IMG/VR virus record: IMGVR_UViG_3300048694_000674
Span: 64,001 to 128,000 of that record
Strand: one strand, 5' to 3'
DNA from: a virus
DNA length: 64,000 nt
The position numbers and the translations under genes are program-made. Shown here piece after piece: positions 1-11,600 of the stretch. A model generated the notes under the pieces. That model searched no databases. It was given only the letters and a program-made list of their open reading frames with translations, and was not told the origin of the DNA. Position 1 is the first letter of the stretch, and each line of letters begins with the position of its first letter.

Positions 1-1
1 A

Positions 2-2344
2 ATTTCAACTAAGGCGTTTTCAACATTCACTGGATCTCATCTTACGGTAACAAAACAGGCTGTTACTCTCACAACAATAAATCCAGTAATCTCAACATCA
101 ACATCTACAATCACTTCAAGTAGCACACAATCATTCGTAAACACACAAACAATACCAGATAATGTTATAACACAAACAATTTATAACGATATTGCTAATA
201 CTACAACAATACAAAATCCTTCAAGTACAGTATATAACTTTATTGTTCAACAAACTTCTGACACTAATGGTCCAGAAAACAACAGTGGAGCTGCGGACGA
301 TCCAATCGCTCAGTTTTTCAGAGTAAACACTGGCGAAAGTTCATCAGGTGTATTTGCTACATCTCTGGAAATATATTTCAAACAGAAGCCAGCTACAAAC
401 ATTAATGGTGTTACTGTTTATATTTGCGAACTTAACAATGGATATCCTGATAGCAGTAAAATTCTTCCTTATTCAATAAAACATCTTACATGGGATAATA
501 TTGTTGTAACTACTGATTCAACAACATCAACTAAGTTTACATTCGATTGTCCAATATTCATGAACAACAACAAAGAATACGCTTTTGTTGTGAAGCCAGA
601 CAACAATGATGTCGATTACTGGGTATATTCTGCAGAGCTTGGTGAAGTTGATCCATATCAAAATATTCAAGTATCAAGTATACCAGTTGTTGGTACTGCA
701 TTCTATAGCGCAACAGAAAAAGCTTGGACAGCTCTACAAACAGAATATATTAAGTTCAAATTAAATGTTGCTCTGTTCGCAACATCTGATACAGGAACAG
801 CGTATTTCAATAATGATGATAAAGATTATCTTACGGTATATAACGTTGGTAGAACAGCTGCTAAAGATATAACTCCAGGAGATTATGTTTTCCAAGCATC
901 AAATTCAACTCCATCAACAGCAAACACCAAAATATTTGGTGTACTGAAATCATATGATGATGTTAATGGAATTATGTATGTACTGAATACTTCTGGAAAT
1001 AATTATACTTCAAATACTTATCTTCAAGTACATAGATTTGCTAACTCTTCTGTTACAATCAACGGAACAAATGTTAATACAAGTACAATTATTGCTTGGG
1101 CAAATACAGGAAGCTTCCATACTCCTGTGATTGATGCAGCTCAAATTCGTTTTGCTCCTATGACTCCAGGTGGTACAAACATCACTTATGGTTATCAGGG
1201 TACAAGCAATGCATATGTAACTGAATCAGGATATAATAACGTTGTACAGGGATACGAAAGAGAATTCAGAGATCAGGAAAGAATCGTTGCAAGTTATTCT
1301 GACCCATCTGCTCCAGCTAACTATAGTGCACAAATTAAAGCAGATTTGTCGACAATATCTGTATATACATCTCCTGTTATTGACTTGACATCATCAAATA
1401 TGTTCACATACAAGAACTTGGTTGATCCAGTTGCGTTCAATTATGGTGAATATCTTAACAATGGTAATTCATCAACGAAGTATGTTTCTCAGGTAATTAC
1501 ACTCGCTCCAGGTCAGGATGCTCAGGATCTTCAGGTTATTGTTACTGGTAGTCGTCCTGTTGGAACTGATATCAAAGTTTATGCTAAATTCCTTAATGCT
1601 CAAGATGGCGAAACTATCATTGATAAGTCTTGGTCGCCATTGTATAATTCAGGTTATGACACCTATACAGATCCAGCAAATATTGGAGATGTGAAGGAAT
1701 ATACATTCAAAACATTCCCATACTATGGATTGGTCAAAACATCTGGCACTATTTCTACCAGCGGTACAACTGTAACTGGTGTAGGTACAGCATTTGATAC
1801 AGAGCTCGCTGTTGGTTGGTATATCAATATGGCAGCTACTGCTACACAGCAGGAAACATCAAGAAAAGTTGTTGCTATTGCTAATAGCACTTCATTGACT
1901 CTTGATAGTGCATTTACCTATAGTTATTCTGGGCAACCATACTATCTTGTTCCACCACCAACCACAGCTTATAGATCTAAGTACAGTAATACTGCTCTTG
2001 CTGGAACTGTTTCTACATATACTACAAATAATAGTATTATTGGTAACGGGACTAACTTTACTGGCGATTTCCGCGCAGGTAGTATCATTTACGTAAATGG
2101 AGACAGCCAAGTTATAACTTCTATTGCTAACTCTACTTTATTGTATGTTGGTAAACCGTGGACAGCAAATAATAGTAGCAATGTTTATAGCATTCAGACG
2201 CTTGCTGGTATGACATATCTGAATAACAACAACAATCTTTATACGAACTACAAGCAGTTCCAGCTAAAGGTTATCCTCCAATCTAATGATAGCTCGAAAG
2301 TTCCAATTCTACAGGATGTTTCGGCAGTGGCTCTACAGCTGTAA
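2..2344 (+). CDS. Large baseplate/structural protein (DUF4815/VrlC-like), 5'-truncated by window edge
   Basis: Frame of ORF 560..2344 is open back to base 2 and contains DDPIAQFFRV...GVFATSLEIYFKQKP. C-terminus YKQFQLKVILQSNDSSKVPILQDVSAVAL is typical of this T4-like virion protein. Confidence 0.7.
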   Translation: MSTKAFSTFTGSHLTVTKQAVTLTTINPVISTSTSTITSSSTQSFVNTQTIPDNVITQTIYNDIANTTTIQNPSSTVYNFIVQQTSDTNGPENNSGAADDPIAQFFRVNTGESSSGVFATSLEIYFKQKPATNINGVTVYICELNNGYPDSSKILPYSIKHLTWDNIVVTTDSTTSTKFTFDCPIFMNNNKEYAFVVKPDNNDVDYWVYSAELGEVDPYQNIQVSSIPVVGTAFYSATEKAWTALQTEYIKFKLNVALFATSDTGTAYFNNDDKDYLTVYNVGRTAAKDITPGDYVFQASNSTPSTANTKIFGVLKSYDDVNGIMYVLNTSGNNYTSNTYLQVHRFANSSVTINGTNVNTSTIIAWANTGSFHTPVIDAAQIRFAPMTPGGTNITYGYQGTSNAYVTESGYNNVVQGYEREFRDQERIVASYSDPSAPANYSAQIKADLSTISVYTSPVIDLTSSNMFTYKNLVDPVAFNYGEYLNNGNSSTKYVSQVITLAPGQDAQDLQVIVTGSRPVGTDIKVYAKFLNAQDGETIIDKSWSPLYNSGYDTYTDPANIGDVKEYTFKTFPYYGLVKTSGTISTSGTTVTGVGTAFDTELAVGWYINMAATATQQETSRKVVAIANSTSLTLDSAFTYSYSGQPYYLVPPPTTAYRSKYSNTALAGTVSTYTTNNSIIGNGTNFTGDFRAGSIIYVNGDSQVITSIANSTLLYVGKPWTANNSSNVYSIQTLAGMTYLNNNNNLYTNYKQFQLKVILQSNDSSKVPILQDVSAVALQL

Positions 2345-2345
2345 T

Positions 2346-2570
2346 ATGATGAATAAATATAGAAGAACAAATGTTGAAGGTCTAGTAGAGGATCCAGTTT
2401 CTGGCGCAATATTGAATATAAACAATGGTGCGCTAGAAGCATACAAACGCCAAAAAGCTGTTTTGGAGAATTCCAAAGAATCTCAGAAACGGATTGATAA
2501 AATAGAAGACGATATTGATGATATCAAACAAATGTTGCAACAGCTGTTGATGAAGAGACAAGAAGAATGA
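2346..2570 (+). CDS. Small conserved virion-region protein with C-terminal coiled coil
   Basis: GLVEDPVSGAILN motif, then coiled coil. ATG at 2346 directly follows the upstream stop. Confidence 0.65.
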   Translation: MMNKYRRTNVEGLVEDPVSGAILNINNGALEAYKRQKAVLENSKESQKRIDKIEDDIDDIKQMLQQLLMKRQEE

Positions 2571-3280
2571 CAATTTTAATACAAAATACTTCGGTAACAA
2601 ACACCTTTGATTTCTGGCGCAATCGTACAAACGAAATAGCGACAGCAATGTCAAACTCTGTTGTTACTGTCAATTCAAATACAGCTACGGGTAATGCGGC
2701 TATTTCAGGAACGTTTACAGCTAACAATCTAGCTCTTGGAACTGGTGCTGCTTATGTTATGATCGGTAATACTACGGTCAATGCATATATGAATACATCA
2801 TCGGTGTTTCTAGGTAATAGTACAGCAAACATTGTATTAACAACAACAGCATTGACGATCTCTACCAATTCTACTGCAAATATTATATTATCAACACCGA
2901 CGTATACACAGTACTCAAACGGTCAGTATTATCTTAATGCCAACGGTAACTGGGCAGTTATTGCTCCTTCTGGAACAGGCACTCAGACAATTCAAACAAC
3001 TGGAACTAGTGCTGCTGACTTAGATAACTTCTCTCCTAATACATACAATGTTGCGGAGTATATTGTTTCAGTAAAAGATAACAATGCAAACAACTACTTT
3101 ACTGGTAAGTTTATTGTGGCGCATGATTCTGGAACTGCATATATTACTCAATATGCTACATTTACTTCGAACTCAACTATTGGTACATTTGCGTCAACTA
3201 TTGCTAGCGGAAACGTCTATTTCAGATTCACACCAACGTCATCTAATACCACAGTCAAATATTTTAGGTCAATCGTATAA
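2567..3280 (+). CDS. Virion structural/fibre-associated protein
   Basis: TNTFDFWRNRTNE N-terminal motif seen in T4-like fibre/baseplate proteins; S/T/N-rich; ATGA overlap. Confidence 0.6.
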   Translation: MTILIQNTSVTNTFDFWRNRTNEIATAMSNSVVTVNSNTATGNAAISGTFTANNLALGTGAAYVMIGNTTVNAYMNTSSVFLGNSTANIVLTTTALTISTNSTANIILSTPTYTQYSNGQYYLNANGNWAVIAPSGTGTQTIQTTGTSAADLDNFSPNTYNVAEYIVSVKDNNANNYFTGKFIVAHDSGTAYITQYATFTSNSTIGTFASTIASGNVYFRFTPTSSNTTVKYFRSIV

Positions 3281-3921
3281 TGGCAACAAAGGCTAACATA
3301 AACATTGATCAGGGAACTTCTTTTACAACCTACATTACTCTTACGGACGATGCAGGTAACGCACTAGATTTGTCTGCATATAGAGCTGAATCACAAATTC
3401 GTCGTTGGTATAATTCGATCAATTGTTTTAGCTTTGATACTTCGCTTTCATTAGGGCAGATTGCCCTTTCGATGAATGCCGAAACAACTGCCAAGCTTAC
3501 ACAACAGCGCTACCTTTATGACGTTGTTCTTTTCGATGGCAGCAATACTTCTACTCGTGTTGTAGAAGGTATGATTACCGTAAACTTTGGTATTACAAAA
3601 CCAGTAAACACTACCTATTATTATGGTATTCTAGTCGGCAACGTACAGGGAACTATTTGTACAGGTGATACTGTTTATCAGTCTAATGGCTCAGCTAACG
3701 TTACTGGTATTGTTTATGACATTGAAGGACCGCTGCTTGGCTATGGTTCGAACAATGCAGCGAATACAACAAATAGAGTAACAAGTAATACAGTTCTTAT
3801 TAAGATCTCTGATGCGTCAGGTTCATTCTCAACTACTGCAGATAGCGGTTATATTATAACAAGTTCGAATACAAACGCTAATGGTAATGTCCTATCGATT
3901 ACACAGTATGTAACGAGGTAA
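3280..3921 (+). CDS. Virion structural protein (baseplate/fibre adaptor-like)
   Basis: ANINIDQGTSF...LDLSAYRAESQIRR...RYLYDVVL...TRVVEG pattern common in T4-like tail modules. Confidence 0.6.
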   Translation: MATKANINIDQGTSFTTYITLTDDAGNALDLSAYRAESQIRRWYNSINCFSFDTSLSLGQIALSMNAETTAKLTQQRYLYDVVLFDGSNTSTRVVEGMITVNFGITKPVNTTYYYGILVGNVQGTICTGDTVYQSNGSANVTGIVYDIEGPLLGYGSNNAANTTNRVTSNTVLIKISDASGSFSTTADSGYIITSSNTNANGNVLSITQYVTR

Positions 3922-3927
3922 ACGGTT

Positions 3928-4188
3928 ATGGCTATAAATGCAGTCATAAAAAGACCGAACCTGATTATAGCGAATACTGCTCCGCTTACAACAACTCAGT
4001 CTAACCCAGCGATAGAGCTAAAAAACAATTCTTCTGGTGTAAGCCAGAATTATCTCTCACATCTACTTGATGTTACAATAGACCATCCAACTGATGGCCA
4101 GGTCTTAACTTACAATGCGAATACTGGCAAATATGATTTAGCTTCAGTGCAAATCGGTGAAGCCAGCCTTGATGGTGGAAGTTTCTAG
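3928..4188 (+). CDS. Small fibre-associated protein
   Basis: LLDVTIDHPTDGQVLTYN motif; ends LDGGSF like the next fibre (LDGGTF). Confidence 0.55.
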   Translation: MAINAVIKRPNLIIANTAPLTTTQSNPAIELKNNSSGVSQNYLSHLLDVTIDHPTDGQVLTYNANTGKYDLASVQIGEASLDGGSF

Positions 4189-4190
4189 TA

Positions 4191-4198
4191 TATAAATA
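4191..4198 (+). promoter_or_regulatory. T4-type late promoter TATAAATA
   Basis: Exact gp55 consensus in the intergenic gap before the fibre gene. Confidence 0.75.
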
Positions 4199-4229
4199 AA
4201 TATAAAGAATAATAACAAGGATTCCAGCC

Positions 4230-5810
4230 ATGGCAAACAAAATTCAGATTAAAAGAAGTGCTACTACAGAAACACCTACCTCGCTAAATGCGGGCGAACT
4301 TGCGTTTTCTAACGTAGTTGGTGGTTCTGGTGTACTGTTTATTGGCTCGACCGATGGTGGAACTGTTGTTCCTATCGGTGGTGTAAGAAATCCTGGCGTA
4401 CTTACTGCTAACCAAGCATTGGTTGCTAATACGACTTCTGGTATCGACAAGATTATTACTGCTAATTTAGCTGTAACAAGCGTTTGGGCTAATGGTTCAT
4501 CTGGTTCTGTCGGCAATTTACTTTATTCTAATGGTTCTGGTGTTTTCTGGGCGGCTCCAGCCCCATCAGTATCAGGTTCAAATACACAAATTCAGTTTAA
4601 TGATTCTGGTTATTCTAACGCTGTTTCTGCATTTACATTTGATAAAACTATAAACAAGCTTTCAGTAGCAAATATTGATACTACGACAATTTATTTTGGT
4701 TTATCAGGTAGCATTGATTATGCAAACTATACTGGTACAGCTTATAATGCTAATAATGCAACCAATTTTGATGGATCTAATTCTACAACATGGCAAGGTT
4801 ATATTACCAGCAATGCAGCTGCAGCGTATACAAATGCTACTTCATATGCTGACACTGTAGCAGGAACTGCTTACTCAAATGCTACCAGCTACGCAGATAC
4901 AAAAGCAGGTACAGCATACTCTAACGCTACGTCGTATGCAGACACTGTGGCTGGCACAGCCTATTCTAATGCTACTTCATATGCTGATGCGAAAGCAGCA
5001 AACGCTTACTCGAATGCAATGTCAGATACGCTATCTCGTAATGGTAGCTATACAGGCAATAACACATTCGGTGGAACAAATACTGTATTCAATTCGAATG
5101 TTGTATTCGGCGGTAGTATTACTAGCTCTATTACACCAGCTGCCAATGTTACATACAATATTGGTACGAACTCAATGCGTTGGAATGAAATCCACGCTTC
5201 TAATGTCCATTCTGTAACTGGTTACTTCGATGGCAACGTTGAAGTTGCTGGCGATCTTATCGTTTCTGGTAACGTTACAACAACAAACGTAAATTCTGTT
5301 ATCATATCTGATCCTTTAATCTATCTCGCTGGTAATAACTACTATGCTGACTTGGTAGATATTGGTTTTGTCGGTAACTACTATGATGGCGCCAATCAAC
5401 GTCATACTGGTGTGTTCCGTCATGCTTCAACAGATGAATACTATGTATTCCATAATCTGACACAGGAACTTTCAGGTAACACTGTTGTTGACATCAACGA
5501 TAGTTCATTCCAGCTTTCTACTTTGAACACCTATCTAAAATCTGGTGGTCTAGTATCCAACAGTTCGAACGTTCAAATTACCGCTAACAGCACAGTTGGC
5601 GTTAATATTACTGGTAATACATTGACATTATCTACTCCTCTTGCAGGAACATCTGGTGGTACTGGATTAAATACATATACTGCAGAAGATATTCTTGTTG
5701 CTAATGCAACCAATGGATTCCGTAAGCTTAATGTTGGAACAGAAGGTTATGTCCTTCAAGTTTCATCAGGTGTTGTTGCTTGGAACTCATTAGATGGTGG
5801 TACGTTCTAA
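4230..5810 (+). CDS. Tail fibre protein
   Basis: N-terminal IQIKRS...LNAGELA fibre motif, 15-aa coiled-coil repeats, DPLIYL/DIGFVG module. Confidence 0.7.
   Translation: MANKIQIKRSATTETPTSLNAGELAFSNVVGGSGVLFIGSTDGGTVVPIGGVRNPGVLTANQALVANTTSGIDKIITANLAVTSVWANGSSGSVGNLLYSNGSGVFWAAPAPSVSGSNTQIQFNDSGYSNAVSAFTFDKTINKLSVANIDTTTIYFGLSGSIDYANYTGTAYNANNATNFDGSNSTTWQGYITSNAAAAYTNATSYADTVAGTAYSNATSYADTKAGTAYSNATSYADTVAGTAYSNATSYADAKAANAYSNAMSDTLSRNGSYTGNNTFGGTNTVFNSNVVFGGSITSSITPAANVTYNIGTNSMRWNEIHASNVHSVTGYFDGNVEVAGDLIVSGNVTTTNVNSVIISDPLIYLAGNNYYADLVDIGFVGNYYDGANQRHTGVFRHASTDEYYVFHNLTQELSGNTVVDINDSSFQLSTLNTYLKSGGLVSNSSNVQITANSTVGVNITGNTLTLSTPLAGTSGGTGLNTYTAEDILVANATNGFRKLNVGTEGYVLQVSSGVVAWNSLDGGTF
4824..5021 (+). 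repeat. 45-nt (15-aa) tandem repeat AYSNATSYADTxAGT, about 4.5 copies
   Basis: Visible directly in protein and DNA. Confidence 0.85.
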
Positions 5811-5823
5811 AAGGAAAAATATT

Positions 5824-6021
5824 ATGGATGTTGAATTTGTTAATGCTTATATTGAAAAGCTTTTAAATGAAGTGATGGAATTAACTAAGACAAAAATGTT
5901 ATTGGAAACACAGTTAGTCATTGCTTCTAAAACAGTGACTAGCTTGAAGTCTGAAAACGAGAAGTTACAAAACTCACTAAATAAAAAGTCTTCTAAAACT
6001 AAAGAAGAAAACAGTTTCTAA
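5824..6021 (+). CDS. Small coiled-coil protein
   Basis: AGGA RBS then ATG 5824; heptad pattern. Confidence 0.6.
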   Translation: MDVEFVNAYIEKLLNEVMELTKTKMLLETQLVIASKTVTSLKSENEKLQNSLNKKSSKTKEENSF

Positions 6022-6053
6022 ACCTCGGTATATACCGATTATGAGGATGCCAT

Positions 6054-8627
6054 ATGGCAAAAATTCAGATCAAGCGCACGTCTGTATCTGGACGCACGCC
6101 GAATACCACTAACTCAGGCAACGGTCAGTATATTGACTCTGGCGAATTTGCGCTAAACCTTGCAGATGGTATTCTGTATTCCTCAAATGGTGGTCTTATC
6201 GCAATCGGTGCTAACAACGTTGATGTTAGCGTATCAAACTCAATTAACATCGGTAATAGTAGCTCATATGTATTTGCCAATTCAACTATAATTGGTGGTA
6301 ACAGCTACAATAATCCTGCACTATTTGCACCAAATGTTAATGATCCTTATTGGTCATTTGGTTCGTTTGCCAACAGCACCGACTTCTTTATGCAAACAAG
6401 ATTCTGGGGCGGTAATGATACCAATCACGGATTCAGAATTTTCGATACAAATAGCAATACGGTTCCTTTTAAAATAGATGGTACAGGATATGTCTATTTC
6501 GACAAACTGAAAGCAAACAATACTTCAGGATCTTCTGGTCAAGTTCTTACATCAAATTCTACTGGTGGTCTATATTGGCAATCTCCTGGTGCATCTAGTG
6601 TTGATACTGATGCGCAATATACTTGGACGAACACTCATACTTTTCAGAATACTATCACATTCAGCTCTCGATTAAATGTTGGATCTAATGTATCAGTAAA
6701 CACTTCTATGATTTCTGTTGGTAATGCAACAGTAAATACTCAAATTGTTGCTGGTAACGTTATACTCCATGGTTCAGCGATAACAATTACTAACTCAACA
6801 TCGCAAATTATTATTAATGACGCTGGATATAGTATTACAGATATATCTACTGGCTCTAACACTGTTGCCAATTCATCATCTATTGTTATCGACGGTCAAT
6901 ATGTTCTCACATCAGCAACAGCTGGTGTTGCGAACGATGCATTACATTTAGGTGGTGTTGCACCAGAAGGGTATCAAACTACTGCTGGGTTAGCATCAAA
7001 TGTGGCTACTTTAACATCCAACAATACATCGTTTGTTGGATCTGTAACAGCTGCAAATGTTGTATCTAATGGCCAACTACAATCAAATCTAAGTAATTAT
7101 CAAACAACTGCAGGACTTGCTGGTAACGTGGCTACACTTGCCGCCAATTCTGCAAGCTATCTTGGAACTGTTGCAGCAGCATCCTACGTACAAAATACTG
7201 ATTCTAGAACACTTTCTGGTAATCTAAATTTCACTGGTGTAAACACATATTTTAGCAGTACAACATATTTCAATGGCAATGTGACATTTACAAACAATGC
7301 TATGATTGTTGCTAATGGATCTGGTGGAGCAAATGGAACTGTTCTTGTTTCTAATGGAACATCAATTTACTGGTCTAACAGTATTAGTACAGGTACAGTT
7401 GTTGCAACTAGCGCTCAGATTGCTGATGCTGTTAATGTTGGTAATAGCACAGTTAATGTTAGCATCAATTCTACAAGTATTTTCGTTGGTAATAGTGTAT
7501 CTAATACTGTTGTCAATACTACATTCATCGCAGTAAGTAATACTCTAAGCAATTCAGAAATATCACCACAAATGATTTTTGTTGGTAATACTTCTGCTAA
7601 TACTCTTGTAGATTTGTCTGGCGCTGGTAATAGCGTAACTGTAAGCTATGCTACACTTTATACAAACGGGTATTGTGTTGTAAATACAGCATCAAACCAT
7701 GGTGTGTTATATACCACTGGCTTAACTGTATCGATATCTAATACATCAGTCCCATATCTTAATACTGCAAATTATCCAGCTGGTTTTTTAATAAGAAAAG
7801 GTGGTATTGGGTCTAACAGTTTCTCGTTTAATATAAGTCCTTCTACCTTTGCTTCTGGTGCAAGAATTATTACATCAGCTATAAGAAGTGCTAATGTTAT
7901 TACTATCAGAACTTCACAACCACACCAATTAACAAATAATGATTTAGTAACGTTTACTGGAATTACTGGAACACTTTATACATTTATTCCACCAACTTCT
8001 ATCAATATTTCAACTGTAAATGGCGATCCTTCTGCATTTACTTACAATTGCGGTAATAATATTGGTGGAAGTATATCTGGTAATACTTACACATTTCCTA
8101 CGATGACGTCATCAGCTACTGGACCAATATTGATGGTAATCAGTAAACCAAATAATGGTTTTACAGTTGGTCAATATGTTGCCATTTCTGGTGTAACGAA
8201 TGGATCACCTGCAGGAACTTTTTATCCATCATCAAGAGGTAGTATTAATAATTATTTCAATATAAACAAAACATGGTCCATATATGCTGCAAATAGTACC
8301 ACATTTACGATCAAAGTAGGAACAAAAGTTAGCACATCGGGACCCATGGGTGGTACTGGTACAATTACTGGAGCAGCTGCGATTGCTGGTGTTTCCTACG
8401 ATGAAACCGCACCATTAACACCAGGTTCAGGGCTAGTAATACAATCATTTACTGCAAATACATTAGGTGGTGGAGCTGTTGCTAGATCAGCAAATCCAAT
8501 AGGTATTACTATTTCAAACAGTTCGTTCCAAGTTAAAGCAACACCAAATTTCTTGTACATAGGTTCAACTTCCGCAGGTTATCTATTCACGCCAACTGGC
8601 GGTAGCGCCACTTCAGGTATTCCATAA
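6054..8627 (+). CDS. Tail fibre protein
   Basis: IQIKRTSVSGRTP...GEFALNLADG N-terminus; GQVLTSN..YW modules; shares YQTTAGL modules with the next gene. Confidence 0.7.
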   Translation: MAKIQIKRTSVSGRTPNTTNSGNGQYIDSGEFALNLADGILYSSNGGLIAIGANNVDVSVSNSINIGNSSSYVFANSTIIGGNSYNNPALFAPNVNDPYWSFGSFANSTDFFMQTRFWGGNDTNHGFRIFDTNSNTVPFKIDGTGYVYFDKLKANNTSGSSGQVLTSNSTGGLYWQSPGASSVDTDAQYTWTNTHTFQNTITFSSRLNVGSNVSVNTSMISVGNATVNTQIVAGNVILHGSAITITNSTSQIIINDAGYSITDISTGSNTVANSSSIVIDGQYVLTSATAGVANDALHLGGVAPEGYQTTAGLASNVATLTSNNTSFVGSVTAANVVSNGQLQSNLSNYQTTAGLAGNVATLAANSASYLGTVAAASYVQNTDSRTLSGNLNFTGVNTYFSSTTYFNGNVTFTNNAMIVANGSGGANGTVLVSNGTSIYWSNSISTGTVVATSAQIADAVNVGNSTVNVSINSTSIFVGNSVSNTVVNTTFIAVSNTLSNSEISPQMIFVGNTSANTLVDLSGAGNSVTVSYATLYTNGYCVVNTASNHGVLYTTGLTVSISNTSVPYLNTANYPAGFLIRKGGIGSNSFSFNISPSTFASGARIITSAIRSANVITIRTSQPHQLTNNDLVTFTGITGTLYTFIPPTSINISTVNGDPSAFTYNCGNNIGGSISGNTYTFPTMTSSATGPILMVISKPNNGFTVGQYVAISGVTNGSPAGTFYPSSRGSINNYFNINKTWSIYAANSTTFTIKVGTKVSTSGPMGGTGTITGAAAIAGVSYDETAPLTPGSGLVIQSFTANTLGGGAVARSANPIGITISNSSFQVKATPNFLYIGSTSAGYLFTPTGGSATSGIP

Positions 8628-11600
8628 TGACTGACGTATTTCAATCTAAATTACTAACAGACAGTTTAATTATTCAATCAGTACCAGAACTTGACGGTAT
8701 TGCGAATACTGATGCAAATAACTTTTTCGTTAATACAAGTACAATTCATATTGGTAATACGTCTGTTTCAGTAACAATAACACCAAATAATGTTACAACA
8801 CCATCAGTTTTCGTTGGCGATGCTTTTCAAAATACAACTATTACACCAACAACATTAACAATACTTGATATTACTGGTGCAAATACTTACATTGACAACT
8901 TTATTGCATCTTTTCCTGCTGAAGTTATAGTTGGTGGTTCGATAACAATTACTGGTGATCTTGCTGCTAATGGCGCGACAGGAAATACTGGCCAAGTATT
9001 AGTATCAGATGGAAATGGTAGTATATACTGGGGTGACGCTAATAATACAGCGTATCTCGGTGGTGTTGCTGCAGCTGGCTATCAAACTACTGCTGGGCTT
9101 TCAGCTAATGTAGCTACTCTTACTGCGAACAATACATTATATCTTGGAGGAACTGCAGCTGCTGGTTATCAAACTACTGCTGGCTTGAATGCAAATATTG
9201 CTGCATATCTTCCAAACTATACTGGTACAGTAAATGCAACAACAATAAATGCTACGACTGCAACGTTTACTGGTAATGTATCTGTTTCTAGTCTTATTGT
9301 AACTGGCAACGTAGAAGTTATCGGTGCAAATAATCTTTCTATTTCAGATAATATGATCTATCTGAATGCAAATTCAACATATTCTAATCCTGATCTTGGA
9401 TTTGCTGGCAATTATAATGATGGTACATATCATCATGCTGGTTTCTTTAGAGATCATTCTTCTGGCGTTTGGAAAGTATTTGATAACTATGGACCAGAAC
9501 CAGATGCATCTCAGTATATTGATCAAACAAATACTACATTCCATATAGCTAACTTCCAAGCAAATGTTGTTTATGTCGGTAACACTAGTGTTTACTCAAC
9601 AGTAAACACAACAAACTTTACAGGAACTGCCAATAATACTTTATTCGTCGGCTCAGTATCTGCTGCAAATGTAGTATCAAATGCGCAGCTATCGGGTAAT
9701 TTAGCTAGTTACGCAACAACATCTAGTTTGTCTAGTTATCAAACAACTGCTGGTCTAGCAGCTAACGTAGCTACACTGACATCTAATAATTCAACTTATT
9801 TAAATGGTCAGCCAGACACATACTATACGAATGCAACAAATATTAGTTCTGGTACACTTGCTTGGGCAAGAGCTCCTGCAGGCACAGTAAACACTTCTGG
9901 TAATTTTATTATCGGTGGTAATCTCAATTTCACTGCATCAAATACATATTTCACTACAGCAATCTATGCTGCTGGTCAGGTTGTAATTAATCCTAGTGGC
10001 GATTTGGTTATCTCCAATGGAGCTGGTATCCAAGCGAATGGCACATTTGGTACAGCTGGTCAAATTTTATATACCGATGGTAGTGGTAATGATTATTGGG
10101 GCGATCCAGGAACGACAATTGCAACTGCAAACAATGCACTATATCTTGGTGGTGTCGCTGCTGCTGGTTATCAAACTACTGCTGGATTAGCATCAAATGT
10201 TGCAACGTTAACAGCGAATAATACTAGCTTTGTTGGTTCAGTATCTGCTGCAAACGTAGTATCAAACGCGCAATTATCAGCTAATTTAGCTAACTATCAG
10301 ACAACTGCTGGCTTGAACGCAAATATTGCTGCTTATCTACCAACTTATACTGGCGTGGTAAATGCATCATCTCTTACATTAGGTACAGCTGTAACTGTTA
10401 ATTCCACAGGTCTTTATACTGGTACAACAACGGATACAACAACTGGTACTGGCGCAACTATTGCTAATGATACATTGATTTTTATTGGTAATAATACTAT
10501 CAATACATCAATTACCGCTGGTTCTATATCTGTTAATGGTACGGCGGTAGTTGCCAACAGTACTGGTATTTTTACAACTAGTACAGTTAATGCAGCTTCG
10601 CACACAACAGGCGCAACTGGAACAGGTACAGGCGGCATTTCAGCCAATGTTACCACTTTATTGATTGGTAACAATACTATCAATACAACAATTACTTCTG
10701 CAGGATTGACTGTTAATGGAACTGCAGTAGTCGCCAACTCTTCTGGCGTATATACCACTGGTACAATTAATGCTACTTCTTTTACGATTGGTACGACAAC
10801 AACAGTAAATTCAACTGCAGTATATGTTTCAAATACAACTGGTAACGTAACAATTGGACCTTACGGCGTAACTATTACAGCCAATGGTTTAGGTTACCTT
10901 ACAATGGGTAATACCACCGTAAATACTGTCGTTAACGCAACATCAGTTTATATAGCCAATACAACTGGTAATGTTATTATGTCTCCCTATGGAATCACAG
11001 TAGCTGCCAATGGTCTTGGTTTTTATAAACTTGGCAACTCAACAGTAAATTCGACATCTAATGCATCTGGATTCTTTACAACTGGTACAGCTAACGCTTC
11101 ATCATTAACTGTTGGCACTAATTTTATTGCAAACACAACACAGCTGACAATAACAATCCCACTTTCTGCTAATGGTGGCACAGGATCAGCTGGGCAGGTA
11201 TTGACTTCTAATGGTGCTACTGGCGCTCCATATTGGGCAACTGGTGGTGGTGGTGGATTTTCGAACGGGCAATCTATATCTGTAAATAATTTCGTAATTA
11301 CTGGAGCTTTTACAGCAAATAGCGCTAATGGTACAGCAGGACAAATTCTTACCTCCAATGGTTCCGCAACATACTGGTCAACTTTACCATCAGCTGTAAG
11401 ACAACAATTTACAGGCGACGGTTCAACGACAATATTCACAGTTACTGGTGGGTATTCAGCCAATAATTTGGATGTTTTTGTTAATGGTGTTAAAGTAAGA
11501 AATGGTACAGATGTAACAGTAACGAATGGATCTACATTTACATTTACATTAGCTCCACCTAACGGTTCATTAATTGATGTGATCGGTTCAGCAGCATCGG

